The translations under genes were made by a program, and so were the position numbers. A model generated the notes under the pieces. It saw only the letters and a list, made by a program, of their open reading frames with translations, made no database searches and was not told where the DNA came from. Of a stretch of 49,183 nucleotides of DNA, positions 47,697 through 49,183 are shown piece after piece. This DNA comes from Crenarchaeota archaeon 13_1_40CM_3_52_17 (GTDB lineage Archaea > Thermoproteota > Bathyarchaeia > 40CM-2-53-6): positions 1 to 49,183 of the forward strand of contig MNGN01000043.1 in NCBI GenBank assembly GCA_001918745.1, in the 5' to 3' direction. Each line of letters opens with the position of its first letter. Within the stretch, counting starts at the first letter, position 1.

Positions 47697-48056
47697 TCAA
47701 GGGTAGATGCTGGTGTAGTTCTTTGGCTTCAGAAGGTCGCCGACCACCTTCTCCCTCAACAGGGCAACTTGGTCTATCAGAGAGCCGCCGAAATCAAAAT
47801 CAGTCCTGAGAGAGTACTCTTTGTAGAGTTCTGTCACTGTCTTGTAGACAAGAACTTGGGCGCTGGTTCCGAAAACCCTTGTGAGGACTTCAATCACGTC
47901 ATCAAACCTACTGGAGACTTGCGAGGTTTTGATCTCCCTACTCTCGAGTAACTGGAAGGTCTCCTCCTTGACAGTCCTGCCAAGTATGTCTTCAATAACA
48001 GTAGTGAAAGACTGGTTCAATGTTGACTGAAATGTCTGGGTTATCGTGGTCCGCAC
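47697..48056 (-). CDS. Small archaeal helical protein (DUF3227-like)
   Basis: EDILG...F..VLTRVFGTSAQVL pattern, as seen in archaeal signalling-associated small proteins. Confidence 0.5.
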   Translation of the reverse strand: MRTTITQTFQSTLNQSFTTVIEDILGRTVKEETFQLLESREIKTSQVSSRFDDVIEVLTRVFGTSAQVLVYKTVTELYKEYSLRTDFDFGGSLIDQVALLREKVVGDLLKPKNYTSIYP

Positions 48057-48257
48057 AGAAAAGCCTCTCCGACGGATGTCATTTTCTCGATTGCAGGTTA
48101 AGCCTAGTGTAACAGGAGACTTGCTAAAATGGGAACTGTATCTGAGTGAGCGTGCCCCGGTAAAGATTCGGGTGTCGGGGACAGCTTATCATTTTCCACA
48201 CATGTCTCAACAGTCTTCTACTGTGTTCAACCCTCGAACCCATTGTCGGGTTACACA

Positions 48258-49183
48258 ATGCTTGTCGCAGAGAAGAACCGTCGTGACGCGAGAAGTATCA
48301 TGATGGCTGAAGATGACTCCGGCGAGGCGGAAACGATGCTAGAACCACGCATTGAAGCGGAACAGAAAACTGTTGAGAGATCTAAACCCGGTGACCTTCT
48401 GGACCTTATGTCAAGATTCCTAGAATCGCCAGGAAACGTACTCCTCATACAAGGTGCCCCTGGTACGGGGAAAACAACTCTCGCCCTTGAACTTCTCAAC
48501 AAGGCGAAAGGAACTCGCATCGGTCCTCACACAATTTCCGCCAACAAGGTGTACGTGTCAAGCCGGGTCTCGTCCTCGAAACTGCACCGACATTTCCCCG
48601 GAGTTCACGAAGTGCTCGATTCTATGTCCGGAAAAGAGGCAACAGGCAGCGGGACGCGGTTGGGAGGAGATGGCCGAATAGCAGGAGCGGCGAATATTGT
48701 CAGCAGAATTCTTGCATTGAAAAGGGCCAAGCAGAAAGGCATCATAGTTGTGGACAGTTGGGAAGGTGCAATATCGAATGCGACGGAGGAACGACGTAAT
48801 GAGATGGAAACTGCGATTTTTCAGGACTTGGAAGAGAGCAAGCTAAGCGCGGTAATAGTGAGCGAAAGTGAAAATTCTCCTAAACTCGACTATCTCGTAG
48901 ATGGCATCGTCACACTGTCGCTATCCCACTTGGAAGATAGGACTGTGAGGAGCGTAATTGTCAACAAGCTTCGCGGGTTCAGGCTCCATACACAAGGGGC
49001 GCTGTTTTCGCTCGATGGAGGCAAGTTCACGCTCTTACCCAGAGTCGAATACCATTTTGGCCAGAACGGGTCCTTGGATCCAAGACCATTGAGTCCTGTT
49101 CGTAATACAGAGGACTCCTATTCAACCGGTAGCCCGGACCTTGACGCTTTATTGGACGGTGGAGTAAAGAGGGGCTCATCTCT
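48258..49183 (+). CDS. GvpD/KaiC-like RecA-superfamily ATPase, truncated by the window end
   Basis: Open frame with LLIQGAPGTGKT, IVVDSWEG, LDYLVDGIVTL and KLRG. A second ATPase domain begins YSTGSPDLDALLDGG. Start may be 48258, 48300 or 48303. Confidence 0.85.
   Translation, partial: MLVAEKNRRDARSIMMAEDDSGEAETMLEPRIEAEQKTVERSKPGDLLDLMSRFLESPGNVLLIQGAPGTGKTTLALELLNKAKGTRIGPHTISANKVYVSSRVSSSKLHRHFPGVHEVLDSMSGKEATGSGTRLGGDGRIAGAANIVSRILALKRAKQKGIIVVDSWEGAISNATEERRNEMETAIFQDLEESKLSAVIVSESENSPKLDYLVDGIVTLSLSHLEDRTVRSVIVNKLRGFRLHTQGALFSLDGGKFTLLPRVEYHFGQNGSLDPRPLSPVRNTEDSYSTGSPDLDALLDGGVKRGSS

Noticed and set aside
624-48681. The many 60-180 aa ORFs antisense or out of frame to assigned genes (e.g. 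9239-9787, 20463-20897, 40015-40476, 25144-25575)
   Set aside because: Shadow ORFs overlapping well-supported genes, with no recognisable motifs.

Overview
Archaeal chromosomal segment, probably Thermoproteota/Bathyarchaeia-like. This is inferred from TFE, aTrm56, DUF2110, aMBF1, archaeal NAC, a PUA protein, a GvpD/KaiC-like ATPase and frequent TTG/GTG starts. About 60 densely packed CDS: an information-processing core (about 10.7-20.9 kb), nadA and nadC, transporters (CorA, CDF, PiT plus DUF47, MFS), many GNATs, methyltransferases and hydrolases, and surface proteins. No rRNA, tRNA or CRISPR array was seen. Two signals are missed by the ORF track. (1) Two diverged copies (4345-4638 and 37467-37678) of a short non-coding element bounded by imperfect IS6-like terminal inverted repeats. 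Each carries the 3' end of an archaeal tnpB as a structured, covarying omegaRNA-like scaffold, with no nuclease or transposase ORF. (2) A 20-aa, 7-Cys micropeptide with a strong Shine-Dalgarno site (10268-10330), divergent from a Cys-rich HxlR regulator across repeated operator half-sites. Other observations include an M29 peptidase lacking its metal ligands, a stand-alone class II aaRS-like core, and several genes broken by single nonsense or homopolymer lesions. All family calls come from motif recognition, not database searches.
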